Below, one piece after another: positions 1 through 9,987 of a stretch of DNA of 64,000 bases. The first letter of the stretch is position 1; each line of letters opens with the position of its first letter. The position numbers and the translations under genes are program-made. The stretch is from Pseudomonadota bacterium (GTDB taxonomy: Bacteria; Pseudomonadota; Alphaproteobacteria; Rickettsiales; SXRF01). The notes under the pieces were generated by a model. That model was not told the DNA's origin, searched no databases, and saw only the letters and a program-made list of their open reading frames with translations. Where the stretch lies: positions 110,944-174,943 of the forward strand of contig JBBTBX010000002.1 of NCBI GenBank assembly GCA_038043465.1, written 5' to 3'.

Positions 1-955
1 CCACGCCAGCACGCAGACAGTCATGAATATGGATTATTCCTACAGGGCTTTCCGCATCAGTTACAAACAGGCTGGTAATTGAATGTTGGTTCATGATTGC
101 CAGTGCTTCCGCCGCCAGTGCTTGCGGACGGATGGTAAGCGGGCTGACTTTCATCACATTTTTTGCGAGGTTTTCCAGCAAATTCTGGTGCATATGCCTA
201 CGTAAATCACCATCGGTTATGATACCTGCTAATTTATTAGCCTTGCTAACAACGCCAGCACAGCCAAAGCGTTTGGAGGTCATGATGAGCAGCACGTCGC
301 GCATAACATCATCTTCCTGAACCAGCGGCAATTCGTCGCCACCATGCATTAAATCGGAAACACGGATAAATGCTTTGCCAAGTTTACCGCCCGGGTGAAA
401 AACCGAGAAATCCTGTTTGCTGAAACCACGCCTTTTCACCAGCGCAACGCTTATTGCATCACCAATAGCCATCATCATGGTGGTGGAGGTGGTTGGTGCG
501 CCAGTGTCACACGCTTCTGGAATTTCAGGCAGAACCACGGCAATATCAGCAGCCTCAACCAACATAGAACCTTGCCGTCTTACCACTCCCACCAAAGGTA
601 TTGAAAAACGCTTACAGTAAGCTATTACATCGGAAAGCTCAGCGGTTTCACCAGAATTCGATAATGCCAGAACAACATCATCTTTGGTGATCATTCCCAT
701 ATCGCCGTGACTTGCCTCGGCCGGATGGACAAAATGTGCAGGCGTGCCAGTGGAAGCCATGGTAGCGGCGATTTTTTTAGCAACATGCCCGCTCTTGCCC
801 ATGCCGGTTACAATAACCCTGCCTTTGATGCTGGCAATCAGGGATACTGTCGCAGCGAATTTATCACCAAGGCTGTCTGCCAGAGCTTCAAGACCCTTTA
901 TTTCCTGGCCTAAAACAGCCTTGCCGTGGCTTATATCCTGATTTTTATTTATCAT
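1..955 (-). CDS. kdsD: arabinose-5-phosphate isomerase, KpsF/GutQ/KdsD family (3' end runs off left edge)
   Basis: Absent from the ORF track because there is no stop inside the window. My reverse translation from ATG (955-953) reads MINKNQDISHGKAVLGQEIKGLEALADSLGDKF...GRVIVTGMGKSGHVAKKIAATMASTGTPAHFVHPAEASHGDMGMIT (SIS domain), then CBS-pair-like ...KLAGIITDGDLRRH...SITSLFVTD. The frame stays open to position 1. Confidence 0.85.
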   Translation of the reverse strand, partial: MINKNQDISHGKAVLGQEIKGLEALADSLGDKFAATVSLIASIKGRVIVTGMGKSGHVAKKIAATMASTGTPAHFVHPAEASHGDMGMITKDDVVLALSNSGETAELSDVIAYCKRFSIPLVGVVRRQGSMLVEAADIAVVLPEIPEACDTGAPTTSTTMMMAIGDAISVALVKRRGFSKQDFSVFHPGGKLGKAFIRVSDLMHGGDELPLVQEDDVMRDVLLIMTSKRFGCAGVVSKANKLAGIITDGDLRRHMHQNLLENLAKNVMKVSPLTIRPQALAAEALAIMNQHSITSLFVTDAESPVGIIHIHDCLRAGV

Positions 956-991
956 CCCTAAAGCCTAATCCCCAAAGCCTAATCCCTAAAT

Positions 992-1579
992 TCAACTATG
1001 GGCAAAAATATCCTCGTTTTCCCAACCTGCAAGATCCAGATCAGCGCGGTATGGAAGAAAATTAAAGATTGCTTTTGCCAATTCACTGCGTCCTTCACGC
1101 TCTAACATTTCGTCAAGTTTTGCTTTCAGCCTATGCAGATAGAGAACATCAGACGCGGCGTAATCAATTTGCTCGTTAGTTAGCGTCTGCCCGCCCCAAT
1201 ATGAGCTTTGTTGCTGCTTTGAAACATCAACGCCAAGAAGCTCCTTGCATATATCCTTATAGCCATGTTTGTCGCTATAGGTGCGAACAAGGCGTGAGGC
1301 GGTGCGGGTGCAATAAACATTATGAATGCTCAAACCCAGATAGTGCCGCATTATGGAAAGATCAAACCGGGCAAAGTGAAAAATCTTGGTATGGTTTTCA
1401 TCACTAAGCAATTTTATAAGATTTGGGGCAGCGTATTTATTCTGTTCAAACTGCACCAGATGCGCGTCGCCATTACCGTCGGAAATCTGCACCACGCAAA
1501 GGCGGTCGCGCTTGTTATTAAGCCCCATGGCTTCGGTATCAACGGCAATATCTCCGCCTAATTTAAGGCTTGATGGCAA
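992..1579 (-). CDS. rnd: ribonuclease D (short DEDD 3'-5' exonuclease form)
   Basis: 195 aa. Exonuclease motifs DTEAMGL, HFARFDL and YAASDVLYL occur in the expected order. Confidence 0.85.
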   Translation of the reverse strand: MPSSLKLGGDIAVDTEAMGLNNKRDRLCVVQISDGNGDAHLVQFEQNKYAAPNLIKLLSDENHTKIFHFARFDLSIMRHYLGLSIHNVYCTRTASRLVRTYSDKHGYKDICKELLGVDVSKQQQSSYWGGQTLTNEQIDYAASDVLYLHRLKAKLDEMLEREGRSELAKAIFNFLPYRADLDLAGWENEDIFAHS

Positions 1580-1694
1580 ATCACCAGTATATACAAAATT
1601 TGTGATAGGAATTCTCCTTTTGGTTATTTTTAGGTAGCTATTTTTATATTATTATCAAATGACAAATACAACATAAAGTAATTGTTTTGTTTCT

Positions 1695-1746
1695 GTCATC
1701 TCGAGCGAAGTCGAGGGATCTTTACAATATAAACAATTGCAAAGGT
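1695..1746. repeat. GTCAT-type palindromic repeat (partial copy), abutting the stop codon of the 1747-2190 ORF
   Basis: gtcatctcgagcgaagtcgagggatctttac...caaaggtc. It shares GTCATC...GAGCGAAG...GGATCTTT with the copies at 13234-13321 and 50018-50093. Confidence 0.6.
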
Positions 1747-2190
1747 CTAGCGAGTTGATGCCATATGGCTTAGGCGGTGGAATATTAAACCGGTCGCCAA
1801 TCCACATGCGGCAAAAAGCGCAGAAAACGATATCCTATCATCAAGTTGCCAATGTGTGGAGCCATAGAAGTGAATCCATAAGAGCATCTCTGCACTAATA
1901 AGGCCTACCAGAATGGTTCTACCGAGGCTGCTTAATAATTTCGGTGCACACCTCAAAACTATCAAGAAAACAGTGACTTCGAACAGATAATATCCAACCG
2001 TGATAGAAAACGCCTCAAGCGCGGGAAACAGTCCCAGAAACAAGAAAGCCCGTATGCTGCTGAAATCATTAATTGAGGAATCTCTTATAATTCCAAAAAC
2101 TAGGATAATCGGGAAGGCTGATAAAGGTGCGATGAATAATGCTCGTTTATAACTTATCCGACCGTTCTGGTCATTCTGATCGTGTAACAT
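1747..2190 (-). CDS. hypothetical integral membrane protein
   Basis: 147 aa with about 4 hydrophobic segments. No recognisable family motif. Confidence 0.5.
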   Translation of the reverse strand: MLHDQNDQNGRISYKRALFIAPLSAFPIILVFGIIRDSSINDFSSIRAFLFLGLFPALEAFSITVGYYLFEVTVFLIVLRCAPKLLSSLGRTILVGLISAEMLLWIHFYGSTHWQLDDRISFSALFAACGLATGLIFHRLSHMASTR

Positions 2191-2223
2191 AATTGCTTCC
2201 TTTGTCTATTCATTCGGTTAATT

Positions 2224-2892
2224 TTAGAAATCAGGATTCTCATAATAAACCGGCGGACGGAAGCCATGTACGCGCTCGATAAGGATATTACGCATACTAG
2301 GACGTGATTTGATAAGGGCGTACCAGCTTTGTGCCATTTTGTTATATTCCCAGTCTATATCCCCCAGATAATCAAGTGCCGATATATGGGAAGCGGCGGC
2401 AAGGTCAGCAAGAGTCAGAGAATCACCTGCCAGAAAATAGCGTTCATTGGCAAGGTAACCGATATAATCGAGATGATATAAAATATTATGCTTGCCAATG
2501 CGAATGGCTGCAGAGCTTGGTTCGCCATAGCCAAAATAATGTTTGAAAGCTTTTTCAAAAAGCACGTTTCTGGTTACTTCATAGTCAAATTTATGGTCAA
2601 ACCAGTCGATAATCCGCCTGACTTCGGCCCGCTCAGTTGCGCTACTACCAAGCATTGATATGGCCGGATAGGCTTCCTCCAGATATTCACTTATGGCATA
2701 AGCACCGGAAACAACAGTCCCGTTATCCTCAACCAGCACCGGAACTTCTCCGGCCGGATTAAGAGCAAAAAAATCCAGATTCTTATCCCATGGATTTTCC
2801 TGAACCAGTTCGAATTCCAGACCTTTTTCCTTAAGCATCATCCTGATTTTTCTACAGAATGGAGAAAGTGGCGTGTGGTAAAGAAGGCGCAT
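2224..2892 (-). CDS. glutathione S-transferase family protein
   Basis: 222 aa. Thioredoxin-like N-terminus MRLLYHTPLSPFCRKIRMMLKEKGLEFE...NPAGEVPVL and a helical C-terminal domain. Confidence 0.8.
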   Translation of the reverse strand: MRLLYHTPLSPFCRKIRMMLKEKGLEFELVQENPWDKNLDFFALNPAGEVPVLVEDNGTVVSGAYAISEYLEEAYPAISMLGSSATERAEVRRIIDWFDHKFDYEVTRNVLFEKAFKHYFGYGEPSSAAIRIGKHNILYHLDYIGYLANERYFLAGDSLTLADLAAASHISALDYLGDIDWEYNKMAQSWYALIKSRPSMRNILIERVHGFRPPVYYENPDF

Positions 2893-3128
2893 AATCGGTT
2901 TGATTTTGTTTAATAATATAACATTGGTGATAATTTAAGGTTATATTGTAATTCAACCGTTAATGCCATACGAAAAATAGCAAAATCAGCATATTCCAGC
3001 CCTGTGTATAACTTATTGGGTGTAATTATAGAAAGAACCTGATTGTAAGAGCGAATATTAACTAAAATATCAGCAAAATCAATGGTTGCAGCCATTATAA
3101 AAAAATACGATTTTATACTTAATTGCGC

Positions 3129-3157
3129 TTGACGAACGCTAAAAACGCCTCTAGATT
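3129..3157 (+). promoter_or_regulatory. candidate sigma-70 promoter for rpsT
   Basis: TTGACG (3129-3134), 17-nt spacer, TAGATT (3152-3157), about 120 nt upstream of the rpsT ATG. Confidence 0.4.
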
Positions 3158-3277
3158 GACTCTCCCATTACGGCAATACAGAGTCGACACGGTGGGACAC
3201 AGAAGTTTTACAGAAGAAGTTTTACAGAAGTTTTAAGTATATTCAAATTAAATAATTTTAGGTAACGGACATAACAC

Positions 3278-3544
3278 ATGGCTAATCATAAGTCGGCAGA
3301 GAAAAGAATTCGCCAAACGGCAGCACGTACTGAAGTAAATAAGGCGCGGGTAAGCCGTATTCGTACCTTTGTGAAAAAGGTTGAGCTTGCTATCGCTGAT
3401 GGCAAAAAATCTGAGGCGCAGCAGGCTTTTAAGGAAGCGCAGCCGGAATTGATGCGTGGTGTTAGTAAAGGTGTTATGAAAATGGGTTCTGTATCTCGCA
3501 AGCTCAGCCGACTATCTGCACGTATTAAAAACCTGGCCGCTTAA
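3278..3544 (+). CDS. rpsT: 30S ribosomal protein S20
   Basis: 88 aa, [36 protein letters not shown]. Typical S20, in the usual alphaproteobacterial position upstream of dnaA. Confidence 0.95.
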   Translation: MANHKSAEKRIRQTAARTEVNKARVSRIRTFVKKVELAIADGKKSEAQQAFKEAQPELMRGVSKGVMKMGSVSRKLSRLSARIKNLAA

Positions 3545-3645
3545 TTTATTACAGTTTCTTGTATTTTTGATGTTTCATACCGCTGATTAACAAGCGGACG
3601 CTATAGCTTTGTCTTCTTTTAACGGGTGATGGTGGTGCTGAATTT

Positions 3646-4146
3646 ATGGTATTTGAATCTGCTAAGTTGCAACCTGAAAGCCCTTTCTGCGCGCTTGTAG
3701 ATAAGGCTGGACAGGGTAAAATATCCGGACTCAGTTATGCTGGAGAAGTTTCTCCTGAAGAAGCTTTTGATTACATCAGTGTTAATCCGTCAATTTTAGT
3801 TGATGTTCGTACTGTTCCTGAGTGGCAGTTTACGGGAATGCCAAATTTAGCTGGTACACCAAGTAAACTCCTCACGGTCTCATGGAAGATATATCCATCT
3901 TTTGCACAGAATCCAAAATTTATTGAAGAATTGACTTCTGATTCATCAGTTCACATTGATACCCCATTATTTTTTATTTGCAGGTCAGGTGGGCGTTCGC
4001 TTGATGCTGCTGTGGCAATGACGAAAGTTGGGCATAGATATTGCTTTAATGTCACCGGCGGATTCGAGGGTGATGCCGATGAAATAGGGCATCGCAGTAA
4101 AAAAAGCGGTTGGAAATATAATAATCTTCCATGGATGCAGGGATAA
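3646..4146 (+). CDS. rhodanese-domain sulfurtransferase-like protein
   Basis: 166 aa. Active-site loop CRSGGRS and VDVRTVPEW-type rhodanese N-terminal motif. Ends 4 nt before dnaA. Confidence 0.75.
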   Translation: MVFESAKLQPESPFCALVDKAGQGKISGLSYAGEVSPEEAFDYISVNPSILVDVRTVPEWQFTGMPNLAGTPSKLLTVSWKIYPSFAQNPKFIEELTSDSSVHIDTPLFFICRSGGRSLDAAVAMTKVGHRYCFNVTGGFEGDADEIGHRSKKSGWKYNNLPWMQG

Positions 4147-4149
4147 AAT

Positions 4150-5592
4150 ATGGCACTGTTGCAACACCATCAGAACGAAACAATAGATGATCTTCTTGCT
4201 GCAGCCTGGCAGAATGTCAGTAGTAAATTGAACACACGTTTCGGTGATGCTGTATTTCGCAGTTGGTTAAAACCGCTATCATTTATCGGCAGCAAATCCG
4301 GTTATATACAAATAAATGTTCCCACGCGTTTTATGCGCGAATGGATAAATAAGAATTATATAAATGATATACATGCTTTATGGGCAGAAGAAGGAGTTGC
4401 AGAAGGCTATGCAATTGAGTTGGTCGTGGCTGTTGCATCAGCACCTGCTTCAACTGATAGTGCATCAGCTACTCCGCAAAAATTCAGCGTATTGACACCG
4501 CAAAGCTGGCAGCCGGTAGCACAGGCGGTTGAAGTTGCACCGCTTGATATTGATGTTCAGATGGGCGCACCCCTTGACCCGCGCTACACATTCGATAATT
4601 TTGTTGTCGGCAAACCTAATGAACTGGCGCATGCTGCGGCAAGGCGCGTTGCCGAATCAGCAAACGTTGTGCAGGGCTGCAATCCTTTGTTTCTGTATGG
4701 CGGGGTTGGGCTTGGCAAAACCCATTTGATGCATGCTATAGCCTGGCACATCCGCAAAAACAGTCCGGAAAGACGGGTTTTATATCTTTCTGCCGAAAAA
4801 TTTATGTATCAATTTATTCGTGCCTTACGGTTTAAAGAAGCTTTGGCTTTCAAAGAACATTTCCGTTCGGTAGATGTGTTGATGATTGATGATGTGCAGT
4901 TCATCAGCGGTAAAGACTCAACTCAGGAAGAATTTTTCCACACATTTAACGCCCTCGTTGACCAGAATAAACAGTTAGTTATTTCCGGCGATCGCTCGCC
5001 TTCTGATTTGGAAGGAATAGAAGAGCGTGTTCGCTCGCGCCTCGGCTGGGGCTTGGTTGCCGATATTCACAGCACCAGCTACGAGCTGCGCCTTGGTATT
5101 CTCCAGTCAAAAATCGAGCAGATGCAAGGCTTGTCGATTCCACAAAAAGTTATGGAGTTCCTTGCTCATAAAATAACATCTAATGTTCGCGAGCTGGAAG
5201 GCTCGTTGAACCGCGTAGTGGCGCATGCAACGCTGGTTGGTCGACCGATTACGCTTGAAAGCACGCAGGAAGTTCTGCATGATTTATTGCGCGCTAATGA
5301 CCGCCGCATTTCTATCGAAGATATACAAAAACAAGTCGCCAGCCATTATAATATCAAAGTATCCGATATGCATTCGGCAAGGCGCGCCCGCCAAGTTGCT
5401 CGTCCGCGTCAGGTGGCTATGTATCTATCGAAGAAATTTACCAGTAAAAGCTTACCGGAAATTGGTCGCCGTTTTGGTGGAAAAGATCATACTACAGTGA
5501 TGCACGCGGTTAAACGTGTTGAGGAGCTAAGTGCTTCCGACCACGAATTCATGCAGGACATCGAAATGCTGAGCAGGTTGTTGCAGAGTTAG
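4150..5592 (+). CDS. dnaA: chromosomal replication initiator DnaA
   Basis: 480 aa. Walker [15 protein letters not shown], box VII/sensor regions, and C-terminal DNA-binding helix [19 protein letters not shown]. Confidence 0.97.
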   Translation: MALLQHHQNETIDDLLAAAWQNVSSKLNTRFGDAVFRSWLKPLSFIGSKSGYIQINVPTRFMREWINKNYINDIHALWAEEGVAEGYAIELVVAVASAPASTDSASATPQKFSVLTPQSWQPVAQAVEVAPLDIDVQMGAPLDPRYTFDNFVVGKPNELAHAAARRVAESANVVQGCNPLFLYGGVGLGKTHLMHAIAWHIRKNSPERRVLYLSAEKFMYQFIRALRFKEALAFKEHFRSVDVLMIDDVQFISGKDSTQEEFFHTFNALVDQNKQLVISGDRSPSDLEGIEERVRSRLGWGLVADIHSTSYELRLGILQSKIEQMQGLSIPQKVMEFLAHKITSNVRELEGSLNRVVAHATLVGRPITLESTQEVLHDLLRANDRRISIEDIQKQVASHYNIKVSDMHSARRARQVARPRQVAMYLSKKFTSKSLPEIGRRFGGKDHTTVMHAVKRVEELSASDHEFMQDIEMLSRLLQS

Positions 5593-5607
5593 TTGATTAG
5601 ATTTTTT

Positions 5608-6621
5608 CTAATTGCTTCCATAAATCTGGTCAAAGCTGCCTTCATCGTCAAAATGCTCTTTCTGGACTTTTTTCCAACCGCCAAGGTCTGCAATTGTCAC
5701 AGTTTTAATTGCCGGAAATATTTCAGCATGTTTCTCTAAAACTTTTTTATCGTAAGGGCGGTAAAAATTCTGGGCAATTATTTCCTGAGCTTGCGGGCTA
5801 TATAAGAACGCCAGATATTCATTTGCCAACTCAAGGGTTTTTCTGCGGGTGGCATTCTTTTCCACCACAGCCACAGGTGGCTCAGCCAATATACTGATCA
5901 AAGGATACACTATCTCAAATTCTCCTTTGCCCAATTCTTTTTTAGCAAGATGCGCCTCATTTTCCCAACTAATCAGCACATCGCCTATTCCGCGCTGAAC
6001 AAATGTTGTGGTTGCACCACGCGCACCGGCATCAAGAACCGGAACACGCTTGAATAATTCGCTTATAAAGCCTTTAATTTTGCTTTCATCACCAGCGAAT
6101 TTTTCCTTGGCATATGCCCATGCCGCCAGATAATTCCAGCGTGCGCCACCACTGGTTTTGGGGTTCGGAGTTATCACCTTAATATTTTCCCGAACCAGAT
6201 CATCCCAATCTTTTATATTCTTTGGATTTCCTTTACGTACCAGAAACACAATGGTTGAGGTATAAGGCGAACTATTACCAGCAAGTTTGCTCTGCCAATC
6301 TGCTGGTAATAATTTTCTTTTATCAGCCATAACATCAATGTCATAGGCGAGGGCGAGAGTAACGACATCAGCCTGTAACCCGTCAATCACCGAGCGGGCC
6401 TGCTTGCCGGAGCCACCATGTGACTGGTTTATTTTTACATCCTGACCGGATTTTTCCTTCCAGTGCTGCACAAACAAATTATTATATTTATCATATAACT
6501 CGCGGGTTGGATCATAAGATACATTGAGCAGCTCAATAGTATCGGCTGCATGACCATATCCCGATGAAAATACAGAAGTCGCTGCAAATAGAACCGCACC
6601 TAATATTTTTACTAACTTCAT
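5608..6621 (-). CDS. sbp: sulfate/thiosulfate ABC transporter periplasmic binding protein (orphan, no cysTWA nearby)
   Basis: 337 aa. Signal peptide, then [11 protein letters not shown]...[30 protein letters not shown], typical of Sbp/CysP. Confidence 0.85.
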   Translation of the reverse strand: MKLVKILGAVLFAATSVFSSGYGHAADTIELLNVSYDPTRELYDKYNNLFVQHWKEKSGQDVKINQSHGGSGKQARSVIDGLQADVVTLALAYDIDVMADKRKLLPADWQSKLAGNSSPYTSTIVFLVRKGNPKNIKDWDDLVRENIKVITPNPKTSGGARWNYLAAWAYAKEKFAGDESKIKGFISELFKRVPVLDAGARGATTTFVQRGIGDVLISWENEAHLAKKELGKGEFEIVYPLISILAEPPVAVVEKNATRRKTLELANEYLAFLYSPQAQEIIAQNFYRPYDKKVLEKHAEIFPAIKTVTIADLGGWKKVQKEHFDDEGSFDQIYGSN

Positions 6622-6764
6622 ATTTTTCTCCTTAAATTATTTAAATTTAGAGATAATAACTACCATAAAGAGTCAATAAGAATTGTTTTGCAACATTAAT
6701 TTGCAAAGTTAATTTTCACTGTTATATTCACTCCGTTATCAACCCATAATTATAAGAAAATCTT

Positions 6765-7880
6765 ATGCAGTTTGTTATTGAGCGTACGAATTTATTGAAA
6801 AGTCTTGGCCATGTGCAGTCAGTTGTTGAGAAACGTGGGACTATTGCGGTTCTTTCAAATATAAAAATTGACGCTAAAGGTAGCGAAGTGTCACTGACCG
6901 CCACTGACATGGATATAGCAGTTGTCGAAAAAGTTCCGGCGGAAGTAAGCAAATCCGGTTCAACCACAGTTCCGGCACATACGCTTTATGACATTGTCCG
7001 CAAGCTTCCTGAAGGATTGCAAATTGAGCTGACAACCAGTGATGACGGCAGTAAGATTGCCATTCGCGCTGGACAATCCCGCTTTTCGCTTGCTTGTCTT
7101 CCTATCGAGGATTTTCCAGTTATGGCGGATGGTGAATTCAGCCATAATTTTTCTCTTAAATCAGCAGAATGTTTGGCACTCATTGAAAAACCCAGCTTTG
7201 CTATTTCCAATGAGGAAACCCGTTATTATCTGAATGGTATATATGTGCACGTAGCTGGTAGTGGTGATGAAAAAGTCCTGCGGGCGGTTGCCACGGACGG
7301 GCATCGCCTTGCTCGTGTTGAAGTTGCTGTTCCTGCTGGTGCTGATGGAATGTCAGGAGTTATTGTGCCACGTAAGACTATTCAAGAACTGCGTAAATTG
7401 TTAGAAAATGGGGAAGGGGATGTTGAAATCTCCTTGTCTGAAACTAAAATCCGTTTTGTTTATGGCGATGCGGTGCTGGTTTCCAAGTTAATTGATGGTA
7501 ATTTCCCTGATTATGAAAGAGTAATTCCAGCCGCCAATGAAAAGCTCATGGAAGTAGACTGTAAAATATTTAAGGATGCGGTTGACCGCGTATCGGTTAT
7601 TTCTTCCGAAAAATCGCGTGCTATTAAGTTGCAATTGGAAAGTGGGAAGCTGACTCTGAACGCAGGAAGCGGGGATCAGGTGGCATCTGAGGAAATAGAG
7701 ATAAACTATTCATCTACCCCGATTGAGATTGGTTTTAATTCACGCTATTTGCTCGATATGATGACTCAGATTGATGGTGATACCGTCCAATTCCTGCTCA
7801 ATGATGGTAATTCTCCGGCATTGGTGCGCGATACTGCCGATGTCAGTTCACTATACGTGATAATGCCGATGCGGGTATGA
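6765..7880 (+). CDS. dnaN: DNA polymerase III beta sliding clamp
   Basis: 371 aa. MQFVIERTNLLKSLGHVQSVVEKR... and C-terminal ...LYVIMPMRV are typical of DnaN. Confidence 0.95.
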   Translation: MQFVIERTNLLKSLGHVQSVVEKRGTIAVLSNIKIDAKGSEVSLTATDMDIAVVEKVPAEVSKSGSTTVPAHTLYDIVRKLPEGLQIELTTSDDGSKIAIRAGQSRFSLACLPIEDFPVMADGEFSHNFSLKSAECLALIEKPSFAISNEETRYYLNGIYVHVAGSGDEKVLRAVATDGHRLARVEVAVPAGADGMSGVIVPRKTIQELRKLLENGEGDVEISLSETKIRFVYGDAVLVSKLIDGNFPDYERVIPAANEKLMEVDCKIFKDAVDRVSVISSEKSRAIKLQLESGKLTLNAGSGDQVASEEIEINYSSTPIEIGFNSRYLLDMMTQIDGDTVQFLLNDGNSPALVRDTADVSSLYVIMPMRV

Positions 7881-8431
7881 CTAATCTCCAGAGAATAAAA
7901 TGCTTTTTGGCGTTGCCTTTTTTGTGTCTGCTTCTGGTGTCATGTATCTACGTTACTGATATTGGCAAGTATTGGCAGAAGGGGATTATCGACCAATCTA
8001 TTGGTGGAGCATGGCTTAGCGGCGATGATGGCAAAGATTGCATGTCATTTGTTGTATCTGGTAAGAATTATCTGGCGATTGATAATGGAAAGAAAGATTC
8101 GTCTTTATATCGTACATTGCTTTTGGGCGATAAAAAATTCCTGATGGTAAAAGATCCGAATAATAAATATATGCTGATAAAATATACAGTGTCTGAGGAT
8201 AAATTTACGACCTATATGCCCGACGAAACCAAAAAAGAAGATTTTCTCCGTGATTACCCTGATTCCGGTATGATTTTCGGCGAGGGTGATTTTACAACTG
8301 CCACCATTCCTGTCTTAAATGAAAAATCAATTGAGATGCTAGAGAAAATCGCTGGCGATGAATCCTATTGGAAACCGGCTTCAGTGCAACAACGTGTGAA
8401 AAGCTGTAAAACTCCTGATGTCAAGCATTGA
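7877..8431 (+). CDS. hypothetical lipoprotein inserted between dnaN and recF
   Basis: 184 aa. Lipobox LLVSC near the N-terminus. The start overlaps the dnaN stop (ATGA) and the end overlaps the recF start by 14 nt. Confidence 0.55.
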   Translation: MTNLQRIKCFLALPFLCLLLVSCIYVTDIGKYWQKGIIDQSIGGAWLSGDDGKDCMSFVVSGKNYLAIDNGKKDSSLYRTLLLGDKKFLMVKDPNNKYMLIKYTVSEDKFTTYMPDETKKEDFLRDYPDSGMIFGEGDFTTATIPVLNEKSIEMLEKIAGDESYWKPASVQQRVKSCKTPDVKH

Positions 8432-9644
8432 TGATATTGCGATAAAGGAAGATAATTTATCAGGTACGGCTTCTGGTAACCAAAACTCTGATGTTAAAAA
8501 ACTTTCCATTTCTTCGCTTACCCTTTCCAATTTCCGTAATTATGAATATGCGCGGATAGAGACATCGTCTGTTCCAGTGGTGCTTACTGGCGAAAATGGT
8601 GCAGGAAAAACCAATATATTAGAGGCGATTTCATTGCTTAGTGTGGGGCGAGGGCTGCGTCGTGCCAAATTATCGGAGTTAGACTCATTACCGACCGCCG
8701 ACCGCCGACCGTTGACAACTTCTCCTTGGGCAATAGCTGCCAACATAAACGGACGCATGGGTGAGGTTAAAATAGGCACGGGCAGAGACACAGAAACCGT
8801 AGAAAATATTGATAAACGCATTGTCAAAATAGATGAAAAAATAGTGCGTGGGCAAGCAGAACTGGCGCGGCATGTTTCGCTTATCTGGCTTACTCCACAA
8901 ATGGAGCAGCTATTTAGCGAAGGATCGTCTGCAGGGCGCAAATTCCTTGACCGGTTGGTGTTTGGTTTTGACGCTGAACATGCCACGCGGGTTAATGACT
9001 ATGAATATGCCATGCGCGAACGCAATAAATTGCTGCAATATGGCAAAGCGGATACCGGCTGGCTTTGCGTACTGGAACAAAAAATGGCAGAATGTGCTTC
9101 TTCCATTGCTCTTGCCAGAATTTCAACCTGTGAGCATATTAATTATACCATTTCCGCGTCACCACTAAGTTTTCCCAAGGCTTATATAGATGTTTCCGGT
9201 TTTGCCGAGAATTTGCTGAAGAATGGCAAATCGGCAGTGGAATGCGAAAATTTGTTGAAAAATGCCTTTGCCAGTTACAGAAATCAGGATGCGGCGTCAG
9301 GCAGGACTTTAATTGGCACGCACCGCAGTGAGCTTAAAGTCACCCATCTTGGCAAAAACATGCAGGCGGAAAATTGCTCAATGGGCGAGCAAAAAGCTTT
9401 GATGCTATCGATTATATTGGCGCAGGCGCGTTCCGGTGCGTTGTGGCATGGGGTTGTTCCCATCATTTTGCTGGATGAAGTAGCAGGGCATCTTGATAGT
9501 ATAAAACGGACTGAGTTATTTGAAGAAATCTTTGATACCGGCGCGCAGGTGTGGATGACAGGCACAGATGCGGGATTATTTGCCGATTTAGCTGGAAAAG
9601 CTCAGTTTTTTGCAGTCGATAACGGCGATATTGTGCAATATTGA
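8418..9644 (+). CDS. recF: DNA replication and repair protein RecF
   Basis: 408 aa. LTLSNFRNY, Walker A GENGAGKTNILEAI, SMC-type signature SMGEQKAL and Walker B ILLDEV. Confidence 0.93.
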   Translation: MSSIDDIAIKEDNLSGTASGNQNSDVKKLSISSLTLSNFRNYEYARIETSSVPVVLTGENGAGKTNILEAISLLSVGRGLRRAKLSELDSLPTADRRPLTTSPWAIAANINGRMGEVKIGTGRDTETVENIDKRIVKIDEKIVRGQAELARHVSLIWLTPQMEQLFSEGSSAGRKFLDRLVFGFDAEHATRVNDYEYAMRERNKLLQYGKADTGWLCVLEQKMAECASSIALARISTCEHINYTISASPLSFPKAYIDVSGFAENLLKNGKSAVECENLLKNAFASYRNQDAASGRTLIGTHRSELKVTHLGKNMQAENCSMGEQKALMLSIILAQARSGALWHGVVPIILLDEVAGHLDSIKRTELFEEIFDTGAQVWMTGTDAGLFADLAGKAQFFAVDNGDIVQY

Positions 9645-9721
9645 AGCATTTTATCGCATCTATTGCACATTTAATATGAATATGGTATGATATTTGGTGT
9701 TAATTATGAAAGGAACTTAGT

Positions 9722-9985
9722 ATGGCTTCCACACCAGTAAAACGCCTTAATGCAACATTGCCGGAACCACTTGCACGCTTTGTTGGGGAAATAACAGGCG
9801 AAGGCGGTTTATATGAAACCCCTAGTGAATTTGTGCGTGATCTCATCCGCAGATATATGGAAAAAACTGAAACGAACGAACAAAGGGAAATAAACGCGCT
9901 ACTTACGCAAGCCATTGAAGAAAATGAGTATGTAGACTATAACCCCAACTTCGCACAAGAATTAATTGATTCACTAAACAAGTAA
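9722..9985 (+). CDS. parD: ParD/CC2985-type ribbon-helix-helix antitoxin
   Basis: 87 aa. ...LNATLPEPLARFVGEITGEGGLYETPSEFVRDLIRRYMEK. Immediately followed (2-nt gap) by a ParE-like ORF. Confidence 0.7.
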   Translation: MASTPVKRLNATLPEPLARFVGEITGEGGLYETPSEFVRDLIRRYMEKTETNEQREINALLTQAIEENEYVDYNPNFAQELIDSLNK

Positions 9986-9987
9986 AC

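Noticed and set aside
956-991. Two copies of a 13-14-nt direct repeat (aaagcctaatccc) between rnd and kdsD.
   Set aside because: There are only two short copies in a 36-bp spacer. This is likely slippage and there is no evidence of function.
2910-3095. A 61-aa minus-strand ORF in the GST-rpsT intergenic region.
   Set aside because: It is short with no RBS or motif, and it lies in the AT-rich divergent promoter region.
3545-4149. Looked for oriC or DnaA-box clusters near dnaA. Isolated TTATCCACA/TGTGGATAA-like words occur at about 10243, 17381, 41654, 45682 and 57006.
   Set aside because: The matches are single, scattered and mostly inside coding sequence. I saw no cluster with an AT-rich unwinding element. 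In alphaproteobacteria the origin is usually not adjacent to dnaA. It cannot be called from this window.
8540-8986. Long antisense or shadow ORFs inside well-supported genes. Examples: 8540-8986 in recF, 15316-15771 and 16304-16669 in acnA, 28428-28958 in aroA, 29436-29963, 46936-47478, 48170-48703 in dusB, and 53956-54399 in nrdB.
   Set aside because: Each lies opposite or out of frame to a gene with unmistakable family motifs. Their translations are low-complexity (Ser/Pro/Arg/Ala-rich) with no motifs or RBS. They are typical frame shadows.
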